The notes under the pieces: generated by a model
Told to the model about the DNA's origin: nothing
Database searches by the model: none
Seen by the model: the letters and a program-made list of their open reading frames with translations, nothing else
Position numbers and translations under genes: made by a program
In this document: positions 55,952 to 64,000 of the stretch, piece after piece
Layout: each line of letters opens with the position of its first letter
How positions within the stretch are numbered: the stretch's first letter is position 1
Virus record (IMG/VR): IMGVR_UViG_3300029210_000253
Origin: a virus
DNA: 64,000 nucleotides
Reading direction: 5' to 3' (one strand)

Positions 55952-55976
55952 ACTGCGCTTCTGAGAAAGGTGTTCT

Positions 55977-56114
55977 ATGGGAAACAAATGTAAAGAATGT
56001 ATTTATTATCATAAAAACAATGGTACTTGCCAGCTTAAAAAGTGTTCAACTACAGGGTATGGATATGTAACAGTTGCGGATACATTATCTTGTAGATATT
56101 CAAAAGTGCAATAG
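55977..56114 (+). CDS. small Cys-rich protein (45 aa)
   Basis: ATG ORF in a gap; 6 Cys. Confidence 0.3.
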   Translation: MGNKCKECIYYHKNNGTCQLKKCSTTGYGYVTVADTLSCRYSKVQ

Positions 56115-56126
56115 GAGACGGCAGAT

Positions 56127-56297
56127 ATGGATAAAATAGATCAAATCAGAAAAGAAATTTTTACATCCATGAAGATTTTGGATACATCTATGAAAGGTAT
56201 TAAAGAATCCGAAGAGTATAAAATTGCACAAGCATATAATCAAGGATTGAGGGATGCTATGGCTATTTTTGAAAAAGAGATGAAATACAATCATTGA
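56127..56297 (+). CDS. small protein (56 aa)
   Basis: ATG ORF with AGGAGACGGCAGAT upstream. Confidence 0.35.
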   Translation: MDKIDQIRKEIFTSMKILDTSMKGIKESEEYKIAQAYNQGLRDAMAIFEKEMKYNH

Positions 56298-56392
56298 AAG
56301 AAGTGAGATGAACATTTATTTTATCATTTATTACGGCATAGCAATGTTAAACCTAGGTATAGCGCTTGCAAATCACGGAAAGAAGATTAATT

Positions 56393-56980
56393 ATGGATTA
56401 TGTATTTGATTTGAATCCTGCTGGCGAAGAAGATATAAATAAACGGATCGAAATGCAGCTTGCCTATATAGAGTTGCGGAGACCAATAATAATTGCTTCT
56501 GAAGAAAGAGATAAAATGAATAAGATTTTAGAGTACAATGGGTATAAGACAAGAATCGTCTATAGCCAGAAAGATAATGTTTACTGCGGAGCAATCATTA
56601 ATATTGGAGATTCCGTTAGTTTTCATTCTGAGAATATTTCTACAATCGAAGATGAGTTCCATAAAGCTGTAGATGATTATATAGAGATGTGTAAATCAAT
56701 TGGTAAGAATCCAAGATTGAACGGTGACAGAATGGTAAAGTTTTCAATTCTAAAGACGATTCTTGACTCGGAAAAAATCATGACTGAAATCCAGTTATAT
56801 GAAAATTCACAGAAAAGATCTCCATACATATTTGTAAACGGCAAGATGATTAGTTCATTTTCTGTAGTTCCACTCATGAATACTATTGAGTTAGATGAGA
56901 ATGGATATCTAGGAGAATATAAAGGATATAAGGTATTCCGTAATGATGACCTAAAATATGGCGAAATGGAGTTGAGATAA
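56393..56980 (+). CDS. hypothetical protein; start ATG 56393
   Basis: ORF in array. Confidence 0.5.
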   Translation: MDYVFDLNPAGEEDINKRIEMQLAYIELRRPIIIASEERDKMNKILEYNGYKTRIVYSQKDNVYCGAIINIGDSVSFHSENISTIEDEFHKAVDDYIEMCKSIGKNPRLNGDRMVKFSILKTILDSEKIMTEIQLYENSQKRSPYIFVNGKMISSFSVVPLMNTIELDENGYLGEYKGYKVFRNDDLKYGEMELR

Positions 56981-57186
56981 TGGCAAAACAGTATAAGTAT
57001 TATGCCTGTTGTAAGGATATGTCTGGAAATGGTGTAACATGTGCAGGAAAAGATACGGTGGAAGAAGCTTATAAGGATTTAGAAGAATTAAAAGGACATA
57101 CGACTAATGGAATGATCTTCATTGGTGTGATTAAATGTGCTGGAAATCCATTAGGGCATATTTGCCACTTAAATACAAAGGAGTAG
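56980..57186 (+). CDS. small Cys-rich protein
   Basis: ATGG overlap with the upstream stop; 6 Cys in 68 aa. Confidence 0.45.
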   Translation: MAKQYKYYACCKDMSGNGVTCAGKDTVEEAYKDLEELKGHTTNGMIFIGVIKCAGNPLGHICHLNTKE

Positions 57187-57189
57187 AAT

Positions 57190-57420
57190 GTGGGAAAGAA
57201 CAAACCAAGGCATGATCCTAACAAATGGCAGAACAAATTAGGAGATAAATGCTGTTATTATGAAGGATATAATGAACATTTTTGGTGCGAACATGGATAC
57301 GATATCACTAAATGCGGTGGCAATCCTCATAATTGTTGTAAGGTTAAATATCAAATTTTAGCAAGCAGAAGTGATATTCAGAAAAATAATGGAATTGGGA
57401 TTACCCATAAATATTATTAA
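57190..57420 (+). CDS. small Cys-rich protein
   Basis: AAAGGAG RBS before GTG; 8 Cys in 76 aa. Confidence 0.45.
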   Translation: MGKNKPRHDPNKWQNKLGDKCCYYEGYNEHFWCEHGYDITKCGGNPHNCCKVKYQILASRSDIQKNNGIGITHKYY

Positions 57421-57579
57421 TATAATCAGTAAATTTTAGAGCAGTTCAGCTCAGATTCCCAAAAAACGATTAACCCAAAAAATGGTGGGCGAAAAAACAC
57501 TGTAAAATGGGCATTTTTTGAGGGTGATTTTTCAAAATTTGCCGATGAAAGTTCAGTTTCATCAGAAAGGATAAATACA

Positions 57580-57717
57580 TATGAATTCAAAAGTATTAAA
57601 GAAGAAATATGTAGGATATTTGACTAAATCAGGAAAATATATCTCTACAGGATTATTTTTCAACATTAACAACTGGATTTATAAAATCATAACAATACCA
57701 TATGGTGGAGGTGCCTA
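57580..57717 (+). CDS. small protein (45 aa)
   Basis: ATG after CAGAAAGGATAAATACAT RBS. Confidence 0.3.
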
Positions 57718-57876
57718 GTGAAGAATATAATGCTAGATTTCATGATGGGAATAATTTGTATTTTATTAACAATAACAGTAATCGGAATGGTTGCATTACC
57801 AGATGTACTAAGTGCTTGGTCAGCAATGAGAATGAATGAGATTTGGAAGGAGAAGGAAGAAAATGAAAACGATTTT
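57718..57876 (+). CDS. small membrane protein (52 aa)
   Basis: GTG after GGTGGAGGTG; one TM helix. Confidence 0.3.
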
Positions 57877-58555
57877 TAATTGGATTGGCGATGATTGGAG
57901 AAGAGTAAAAAATCATTGTAGAACAACAGATAATAAGGATTTTACAGAAAAAGATGCCACAGATGTTTTTAAGAAAAAACTGCTTATTTCTGAGCATAGT
58001 CCTATTAGATTGCTTGAATTTGATTGGACTTGGAAAGCAATTAAATATTGGTTGAGCACTGAAATGAGCCGTCACAAATATGAAAAATTTATATCTACAG
58101 CAAGAGACGATAGAGGATTTTCAGAACTTAATACTGAAAAAGGTTATACAGTATGGGATGAAACTACAAAACAGAATATTGAATATCATCCATTATCCAG
58201 AGATGACGCTCCACAGAAAAATTCTGTAAATTTTGATGGTTATGCTAACATGCAGAATTTAATTGATGTTTGGCGTAAGAGATTATGTTTTTGTTGCACT
58301 AAAGACGCAAGAGAATTGGCAGAAGATTTTAAAATAACATTACATAAAACACATCCGGCAGAATCTGATGTACTCACACCAAACTGCATATACAGATTTG
58401 GTTGTCCTGAATTCAAAACATGTGGATATATTAAGAGGTTTATAAATTGGGCAAAAGATAAATATGGTGATGTAGATTTGGCGGATATCCAGAAGAGATA
58501 CGATCTGTATAATGAATATTTCTATGAAACACATAAAGAGGTGAATACGTTATAG
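57863..58555 (+). CDS. hypothetical protein (230 aa); start ATG 57863
   Basis: GGAAGGAGAAGGAAGAAA precedes the ATG. Confidence 0.55.
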   Translation: MKTIFNWIGDDWRRVKNHCRTTDNKDFTEKDATDVFKKKLLISEHSPIRLLEFDWTWKAIKYWLSTEMSRHKYEKFISTARDDRGFSELNTEKGYTVWDETTKQNIEYHPLSRDDAPQKNSVNFDGYANMQNLIDVWRKRLCFCCTKDARELAEDFKITLHKTHPAESDVLTPNCIYRFGCPEFKTCGYIKRFINWAKDKYGDVDLADIQKRYDLYNEYFYETHKEVNTL

Positions 58556-58848
58556 CAGGTAAAAGAAAATATAGTTGCAATTATAATTATTTTGATGTAA
58601 TTGATTCACATGATAAAGCTTATTGGTTAGGTTTTATTTTAGCAGATGGATGCGTAATGCATCATATACGAATTAGGCACTTAAAATGATGTTTTCAACG
58701 CCTTATTTAATACTATCAGAGACTCGTTAGATTGGGCGTATGAAGTAGAGAATAAGGAATATGCGAGTTACGTCAATGGAGTTATTACTTTAGGTGACAA
58801 ACTATTAAGCCAATTAGATAAAAATGATCAAAGCAAGGAGGGCTGGAC
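58537..58848 (+). pseudogene. remnant of a LAGLIDADG homing endonuclease gene
   Basis: Frame with no start codon reads ...DSHDKAYWLGFILADGCV... (LAGLIDADG-type motif) and terminates 14 codons later; further fragments lie in other frames up to ligA. Confidence 0.45.
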
Positions 58849-60840
58849 TTGGTGGGAAAAACACAAAGACTTAGAGAGCTTATCAAAATCTTAAATGATG
58901 CTCGTAATCAGTATTATAACAATTCAAATAGTCTAATGAGCGACTATGAATATGATAATCTGTATGATGAGCTAGAGCAGTTAGAACATGAAACAAATAT
59001 TATTTATGGTAATTCGCCTACTCAGACTGTGGGGTATGAAGTAAAGTCAAAACTGGAAAAGATAACACACTCACATCCAATGTTATCTTTGGACAAAACC
59101 AAAGCAACAGATGATCTAGTTAAGTTTTCTGATGGAAGAGATTGTATTATTTCTTTAAAGTTAGACGGATTAACAACACTATGTACTTTTGAGAATGGCA
59201 GATTAATTCAGGGTGAAACTCGTGGCAATGGTGAGATTGGTGAATTGATCACTCATAATGCTAAAGTCTTTGATAATTTACCGCTAAAGGTTTCAAATAC
59301 GCATAAGTTTGAAATCGAAGGCGAAGCAATTATCACCAAAGAAGATTTTGAAAAGATCAATAGTAAATTAGCAGAGAACGATAAGTATAAGAATCCAAGA
59401 AATCTTGCTTCTGGATCGGTACGTCAGCTGGATAGTAAGATTGCAAAAGAACGTCATATAAGATTTGTTGCATGGAAAGTGCCATATGGATTTACAAGAT
59501 TTACTGATGGATTTAATTATGCAAAAGAGCAAGGTTTTGAAGTTGTTCCATACATTCTTTATAACAGTGATAAAGATGACATTAATAAGATCATTGATGA
59601 ATTAAAAGCTGTCGCAGAAGAAAAATCATATCCTATCGATGGTCTCGTTATTACATACAATGATGTAGAATATGGTAAATCTCTTGGTATGACAGGACAT
59701 CATCCGAGACATTCCTTAGCATTTAAATTTTATGATGAGGAAGTTACAACCACATTAAAAGATATTGAATGGGGAATGGGTAAGACTGGCGTTTTAACTC
59801 CTGTTGCGGTCTTTGAACCCGTGGAACTAGAACAGACAATTGTTGAAAGGGCTTCATTGCATAACATTTCTATTATGGCTGATCTTTTACATAAACCATT
59901 CAAAGGTCAGGAAATTGGCGTATGCAAGAAAAACCAAATTATACCGCAGGTGACATGGGGAGAACATTCAGATAATAATTCTGATGTATCATTTATCTCC
60001 ATTCCTGATACTTGTCCTATCTGTGGTGGAAAAACTCAGATTATAAAAGAAAATGACTCAGAGCAGCTGATCTGTACTAATCCAGATTGTAAAGGTAAAC
60101 TACTTGGTAAACTGACTCACGCAGTAAGTCGTAATGCGTTAAATATTGACGGTCTTTCAGAAGCAACCATTGAAAAATTCATTTCTCTTGGTTGGCTTAC
60201 TTCTATTAAAGATATCTATCATCTGCATTCCCACGAAAAAGTAATGAAAACCTTAGATGGTTTTGGCAAAAAGTCTGTAGATAAACTTCTTAGCTCTATC
60301 GAAGCAAGTCGTAATACAACTTTATCTCGTTTCCTATATTCACTTTCAATTCCACTTTTGGGTAAGACAGCAAGTGCTGCAATCGCAGAAGCAGTAGATA
60401 GTGATTACGGAACATTCATTCATGTAATGACTGTAGAAGGAGCAGATTATTTCAGACATCTGCCAGGTGTAGGCGATTCACTTATTGGCTCTATGAATAC
60501 TTATTTCAAGAAACATATTGATGATGTAATGGATCTTTCCACAGAATTTATTTTTGAACTGCCAGTGTCTTTACTAAACGAAGCTATGGATGCCTTGGAC
60601 TCTATGAAGTTGGAAGGTAAGACATTTGTCATTACTGGTAGTTTAAATCACTATACCAATCGTGATGCTGTCAAAGCGGAGATCTTGACTTATGGTGGTA
60701 AAGTATCTGATTCTGTAAGTGCCAAGACTTCATATCTTGTAAACAATGATATTAATTCTAGTAGTTCGAAGAATAAGAAAGCAAAGTCACTTGGAATTCC
60801 GATTATCACAGAAGAAGAACTAATGGCAATGATTCACTAA
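58849..60840 (+). CDS. ligA: NAD+-dependent DNA ligase
   Basis: N-terminal L..L...YY...P..SD.EYD, adenylation motif SLKLDG, OB, Cys4 zinc finger CPICGG...C..C, HhH, C-terminal BRCT. Confidence 0.95.
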   Translation: MVGKTQRLRELIKILNDARNQYYNNSNSLMSDYEYDNLYDELEQLEHETNIIYGNSPTQTVGYEVKSKLEKITHSHPMLSLDKTKATDDLVKFSDGRDCIISLKLDGLTTLCTFENGRLIQGETRGNGEIGELITHNAKVFDNLPLKVSNTHKFEIEGEAIITKEDFEKINSKLAENDKYKNPRNLASGSVRQLDSKIAKERHIRFVAWKVPYGFTRFTDGFNYAKEQGFEVVPYILYNSDKDDINKIIDELKAVAEEKSYPIDGLVITYNDVEYGKSLGMTGHHPRHSLAFKFYDEEVTTTLKDIEWGMGKTGVLTPVAVFEPVELEQTIVERASLHNISIMADLLHKPFKGQEIGVCKKNQIIPQVTWGEHSDNNSDVSFISIPDTCPICGGKTQIIKENDSEQLICTNPDCKGKLLGKLTHAVSRNALNIDGLSEATIEKFISLGWLTSIKDIYHLHSHEKVMKTLDGFGKKSVDKLLSSIEASRNTTLSRFLYSLSIPLLGKTASAAIAEAVDSDYGTFIHVMTVEGADYFRHLPGVGDSLIGSMNTYFKKHIDDVMDLSTEFIFELPVSLLNEAMDALDSMKLEGKTFVITGSLNHYTNRDAVKAEILTYGGKVSDSVSAKTSYLVNNDINSSSSKNKKAKSLGIPIITEEELMAMIH

Positions 60841-60857
60841 GAAAGGAGAATATATAA

Positions 60858-61097
60858 ATGGAGATGACTATCCAATTAAATAATGTTCAGGATGCAGGTT
60901 TATTTGTTGCTCAGTGCAATGAATATGCAGAGAATATCGACTATAGATTCGATCACTATATTGTCGATGCAAAATCATTATTAGGTGTGATTTCAGCAGG
61001 ATTTAATAAAAAATGTATCGTTTCTATCAATACATCTGATTCTGTTGTTCTGGATAAATTCTATAAAGACATGGAAATGTGGAGGAATAACATATGA
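60858..61097 (+). CDS. hypothetical protein
   Basis: AAAGGAGAATATATAA RBS. Confidence 0.5.
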   Translation: MEMTIQLNNVQDAGLFVAQCNEYAENIDYRFDHYIVDAKSLLGVISAGFNKKCIVSINTSDSVVLDKFYKDMEMWRNNI

Positions 61098-61645
61098 TTT
61101 TTATTGCAGGTAAGACTTGTAGTGGAAAAACGAGAATTGTATCTGAACTTTGTAAGAAGTTCGGATATAAGAAAATCGTTACATACACTACAAGACCTAT
61201 TAGAAATAAGGAAGTAGATGGAGTTGACTATCACTTTATTTCCGAAGAAGAGTTCGAGAAAAAGATTGAAGAAGGATTTTTTGCAGAATATAAAGTATAT
61301 GATGCAGAATTTGGCAGATGTCATTATGGTGTAGCAGCAGAAGATGTGACAAATGCTGGTCCAAAGGATTTACTTATTGTAACATCGGCTGGATATAAGG
61401 ATATCATTGAGAATTATTCTGTACCACATCGGTTGCTTTATATCTATGCTAATAATTCTACCATCAGGAAAAGATTAAAAGATCGTGGAGATGATGATAA
61501 GGAAGCAGAGCGTAGAGTAAAGACTGATAATGATGATTTTAAAGGCTTTGAAACTGTAGCAGATAGAATCTGTTATAACAACTACAATGACGATCTTGAC
61601 CAGACATTAAACTATATTAATGAATATCTGGAGGATCATGTATGA
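61094..61645 (+). CDS. guanylate-kinase-family nucleoside-monophosphate kinase
   Basis: GKTCSGKT P-loop and TYTTRPIRNKEVDGVDYHFISEEEF closely match Gmk HTTRPPR.GEVDGVDYHFVS.EEF. Confidence 0.6.
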   Translation: MIFIAGKTCSGKTRIVSELCKKFGYKKIVTYTTRPIRNKEVDGVDYHFISEEEFEKKIEEGFFAEYKVYDAEFGRCHYGVAAEDVTNAGPKDLLIVTSAGYKDIIENYSVPHRLLYIYANNSTIRKRLKDRGDDDKEAERRVKTDNDDFKGFETVADRICYNNYNDDLDQTLNYINEYLEDHV

Positions 61646-62214
61646 TAAGAAAGAAATTATTTTTAGATTTTGATGGTGTAATTGCAAATACTATTGAAGG
61701 AATCATTTCTTTATATAATGAAGATTTTGCCGCTTATCCTGATTTTCAGTATGTCCCTTGGTGGATGGTGGAGACATGGTGCTTTAAAGAGTGTAAATGT
61801 GCTACACCAGATTATATTGACTGCTATTTTAATCAGCAGCGATTTTTTGACAGGCTAAACTTTATGCCGTGGGCAAAAGAAGTTATCTCAATTCTCTGTA
61901 AAGTCTATGATGTAACAGTCGTGTCTCATGGGTATTCACCTAATTTACTTCTCAAAGAAGCTTGGGTCAAAGCACAATTTCCTGATATTAAATTCATTGG
62001 TGTAGATTTAGATAAACATAGTGATAAATCATGTGTAGATATGTATGGCGGTATCTTTATTGATGATAATGCTAACAATCTTAAAACATCAAATGCTCAG
62101 TATAAATTCTGTTTTGGGGATTTATATGAGTGGAACAAAGATTGGTATGGAGAAAGATTATATAACTGGACAGACGTATATCTTAAGCTGATCGGTGGTG
62201 ATATTAAGTTTTGA
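61642..62214 (+). CDS. HAD-superfamily hydrolase, 5'(3')-deoxyribonucleotidase-like
   Basis: Motif I LFLDFDGVIANT (DxDGV). Confidence 0.5.
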   Translation: MIRKKLFLDFDGVIANTIEGIISLYNEDFAAYPDFQYVPWWMVETWCFKECKCATPDYIDCYFNQQRFFDRLNFMPWAKEVISILCKVYDVTVVSHGYSPNLLLKEAWVKAQFPDIKFIGVDLDKHSDKSCVDMYGGIFIDDNANNLKTSNAQYKFCFGDLYEWNKDWYGERLYNWTDVYLKLIGGDIKF

Positions 62215-62396
62215 TCACTAATTCAGAAATGCTTGCAAAGGAATTACTTAAGGAAAATGATTTTATCACTGTAATGCTAAATAATAGAGAATATATTATT
62301 GAGAACATCGGAAGGGTATTTGGATGTGGTGACACACCAAGTTCTCATAGGTGTTTAAAAATTAGAGAAACAGGAAGTGGGTGTTTATTGAGATGA
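62211..62396 (+). CDS. small protein
   Basis: ORF; start ambiguous. Confidence 0.35.
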   Translation: MITNSEMLAKELLKENDFITVMLNNREYIIENIGRVFGCGDTPSSHRCLKIRETGSGCLLR

Positions 62397-62533
62397 CAAA
62401 GAATGATAAGAGATTACTTATTGAACTAATCTGTGAAAAACAGACCAAGATGATTGCAAAGGATCATACGAAGTATTCTTCAGAAAAGTATAAGCATTTG
62501 GAGAGACTTAAAGTGATGATCAAAGATATGTGA
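62393..62533 (+). CDS. small protein (46 aa)
   Basis: ATGA overlap with the upstream stop. Confidence 0.35.
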   Translation: MTKNDKRLLIELICEKQTKMIAKDHTKYSSEKYKHLERLKVMIKDM

Positions 62534-62544
62534 GGTGATACATA

Positions 62545-62727
62545 ATGGCAGATATTACCATGTGTCTAGCAGAAAAATGCAAAAAGAAAGATAAATGTTA
62601 TCGATGTACAGCAGTTCCAAGTTATCACCAAAGTTGGAGTAACTTAACGAATTTCTGCAATGAAGATAATAATTATAAATTTTTCATCGAAGATTGGCGA
62701 ACAATCGTAGATGCATGTAGGAAATAG
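62545..62727 (+). CDS. small Cys-rich protein
   Basis: GTGAGGTGATACATA RBS; 7 Cys in 60 aa. Confidence 0.4.
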   Translation: MADITMCLAEKCKKKDKCYRCTAVPSYHQSWSNLTNFCNEDNNYKFFIEDWRTIVDACRK

Positions 62728-62738
62728 GAGGATAAGAG

Positions 62739-64000
62739 ATGCAGGTTATTAAAAGAGATTGTACAGAAGTACCATTTGACAAGTCTAAAATTTCTTCTGC
62801 TATTTTAAAGGCAATGAAGAATGGCTCAGGCATTGTAAAACCTAAAATTGCAGAGGATATTGCGACAGAAATTGAACTAGAATGCAAGGATAAAGACGAG
62901 GTAAATATTTCCGAAATTGAATCAATGGTTTACGATAAACTAATCACAAAAAAACAGCGTCTTACTGCAAAAGCATATGAGGGTTATAGAAGCATCAGAG
63001 AATTTCAGCGTGAAAATAGTAATACGACAGATGATGAAATTTTAAGATTAGTAGAAGACCTTGATGAATATTGGAAAGACGAAAATGCCAATAAAAATCC
63101 CGTGTTAAATCCAACTAAAAGAGATTATATTGCTGGATCGGTAAGTACAGATGCAACCAAAAGATATTTACTTTCACCTGAAATTATTCAGGCTCATATG
63201 GAAGGACAGATTCATTTTCATGATGCAGATTACTTTATCCAGCATATGCATAACTGCGGATTAGTTAATCTTGAAGATATGCTTCAGAATAATACTGTAA
63301 TTAGCGAAGTGTTAATTGAAAAACCACATGCATTTTCTACTGCTTGCAATATTGCTACACAGGCAATTGCACAGATTGCTAGTAATCAGTATGGTGGACA
63401 AAGTATTTCCTTAGCTCATCTGGCTCCATTTGTAGATATCAGCAGACAAAAAATTCGCAAACAGGTAGATGAAGAATTAACCTTAGTTGAAAATATCTAT
63501 GCATTATCTAAAGAACAGTTAATTAATAATATTGTCGAAAAACGATTAAAAGAAGAGATTGAAAAAGGAATTCAGACAATCCAGTATCAATTGGTAACTC
63601 TTATGACAACCAACGGACAGGCCCCATTTATCAGTATTTTTATGTACTTAAATGAAGCAAAAAATGAACAGGAAAAACATGATTTAGCTTTACTAATCGA
63701 AGAAATGCTTCGTCAGCGAATTTTAGGAGTAAAAAATGAAGACGGGGCATATGTTGCACCCGCATTTCCTAAATTAATCTATGTTCTTGAAAATGATAAC
63801 ATCCAGGAAGATTCACCATATTGGTCTTTAACACAGTTAGCTGCCGAATGCTCTTCTAAACGTCTTGTTCCTGATTATATCTCTGAAAAAATGATGCTTG
63901 AATTAAAAGGCGATGTTTACACTTGCATGGGTTGTCGCAGTTTTCTTACCGTAGATCGCTTTTCTAAAACATGTGGGAATATTTCCAATTCTAAAAATTT
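62739..64000 (+). CDS. nrdD: anaerobic ribonucleoside-triphosphate reductase (class III RNR), 5' part; runs off the window
   Basis: AGGAGGATAAGAG RBS. N-terminal ATP-cone (VIKRDCTEVPFDKSKI) followed by an NrdD-like core including ...CMGCRSF.... Frame open to the window end. Confidence 0.85.
   Translation, partial: MQVIKRDCTEVPFDKSKISSAILKAMKNGSGIVKPKIAEDIATEIELECKDKDEVNISEIESMVYDKLITKKQRLTAKAYEGYRSIREFQRENSNTTDDEILRLVEDLDEYWKDENANKNPVLNPTKRDYIAGSVSTDATKRYLLSPEIIQAHMEGQIHFHDADYFIQHMHNCGLVNLEDMLQNNTVISEVLIEKPHAFSTACNIATQAIAQIASNQYGGQSISLAHLAPFVDISRQKIRKQVDEELTLVENIYALSKEQLINNIVEKRLKEEIEKGIQTIQYQLVTLMTTNGQAPFISIFMYLNEAKNEQEKHDLALLIEEMLRQRILGVKNEDGAYVAPAFPKLIYVLENDNIQEDSPYWSLTQLAAECSSKRLVPDYISEKMMLELKGDVYTCMGCRSFLTVDRFSKTCGNISNSKN

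Noticed and set aside
1622-62887. All minus-strand ORFs in the six-frame track (e.g. 1622-1921, 8095-8295, 19844-20293, 43798-44235, 55740-56012)
   Set aside because: Each lies antisense to a well-supported plus-strand gene or in a spacer, lacks an RBS and has low-complexity composition. The array is uniformly co-directional, so these are treated as spurious.
1-64000. CRISPR arrays, integrase/attachment sites, transposases
   Set aside because: No spaced direct-repeat arrays, tyrosine or serine recombinase motifs, or terminal inverted repeats were seen.

Overview
This 64 kb window is a single co-directional (+ strand), tightly packed, AT-rich gene array. It is typical of the early, DNA-metabolism and accessory region of a large virulent dsDNA phage of a low-GC Gram-positive host, probably an anaerobe. 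The ORF-track minus-strand ORFs all look spurious. AGGAG-type RBSs recur at gene junctions and several genes end in the motif GGAGAATAA, which overlaps the next gene's RBS. No integrase, CRISPR array or structural module is visible.

Recognisable modules:
- A replication and recombination block at about 33.9-46.3 kb: an SSB-like protein, a Sak4-like AAA ATPase, a DnaB-like helicase, a TOPRIM primase, a PD-(D/E)xK nuclease, a DnaE-type Pol III alpha and a RecD-like SF1 helicase.
- Nucleotide metabolism: a PurA/PurZ-like adenylosuccinate-synthetase homolog, a guanylate-kinase-like protein, a HAD dNMP nucleotidase-like protein, a partial anaerobic RNR NrdD, an NAD-dependent ligase LigA and a PncA-like nicotinamidase.
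- An RNA-repair toolkit: an Rnl-type RNA ligase with a KxDG motif, a P-loop polynucleotide kinase, an HD phosphoesterase, a Thg1-like 3'-5' polymerase, a Pol-beta-fold nucleotidyltransferase and a tRNA-Gln(UUG).
- An anti-restriction set: a Lar-like protein, three DNA methyltransferases of different classes and an HNH endonuclease.

Unusual for a phage is a membrane and stress set: a P-type cation ATPase, a TerD protein, a second TerD-like domain at the C-terminus of a 687-aa protein, two vWA proteins, a PspA/IM30-like protein and an SPFH/prohibitin protein.

Several otherwise intact-looking genes are interrupted by single in-frame stop codons (TAA, TGA or TAG) or by a homopolymer frameshift.

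There are also structured GC-rich non-coding islands, a LAGLIDADG homing-endonuclease remnant beside ligA, and a repeated 22-nt motif with a hairpin upstream of the methyltransferase genes.
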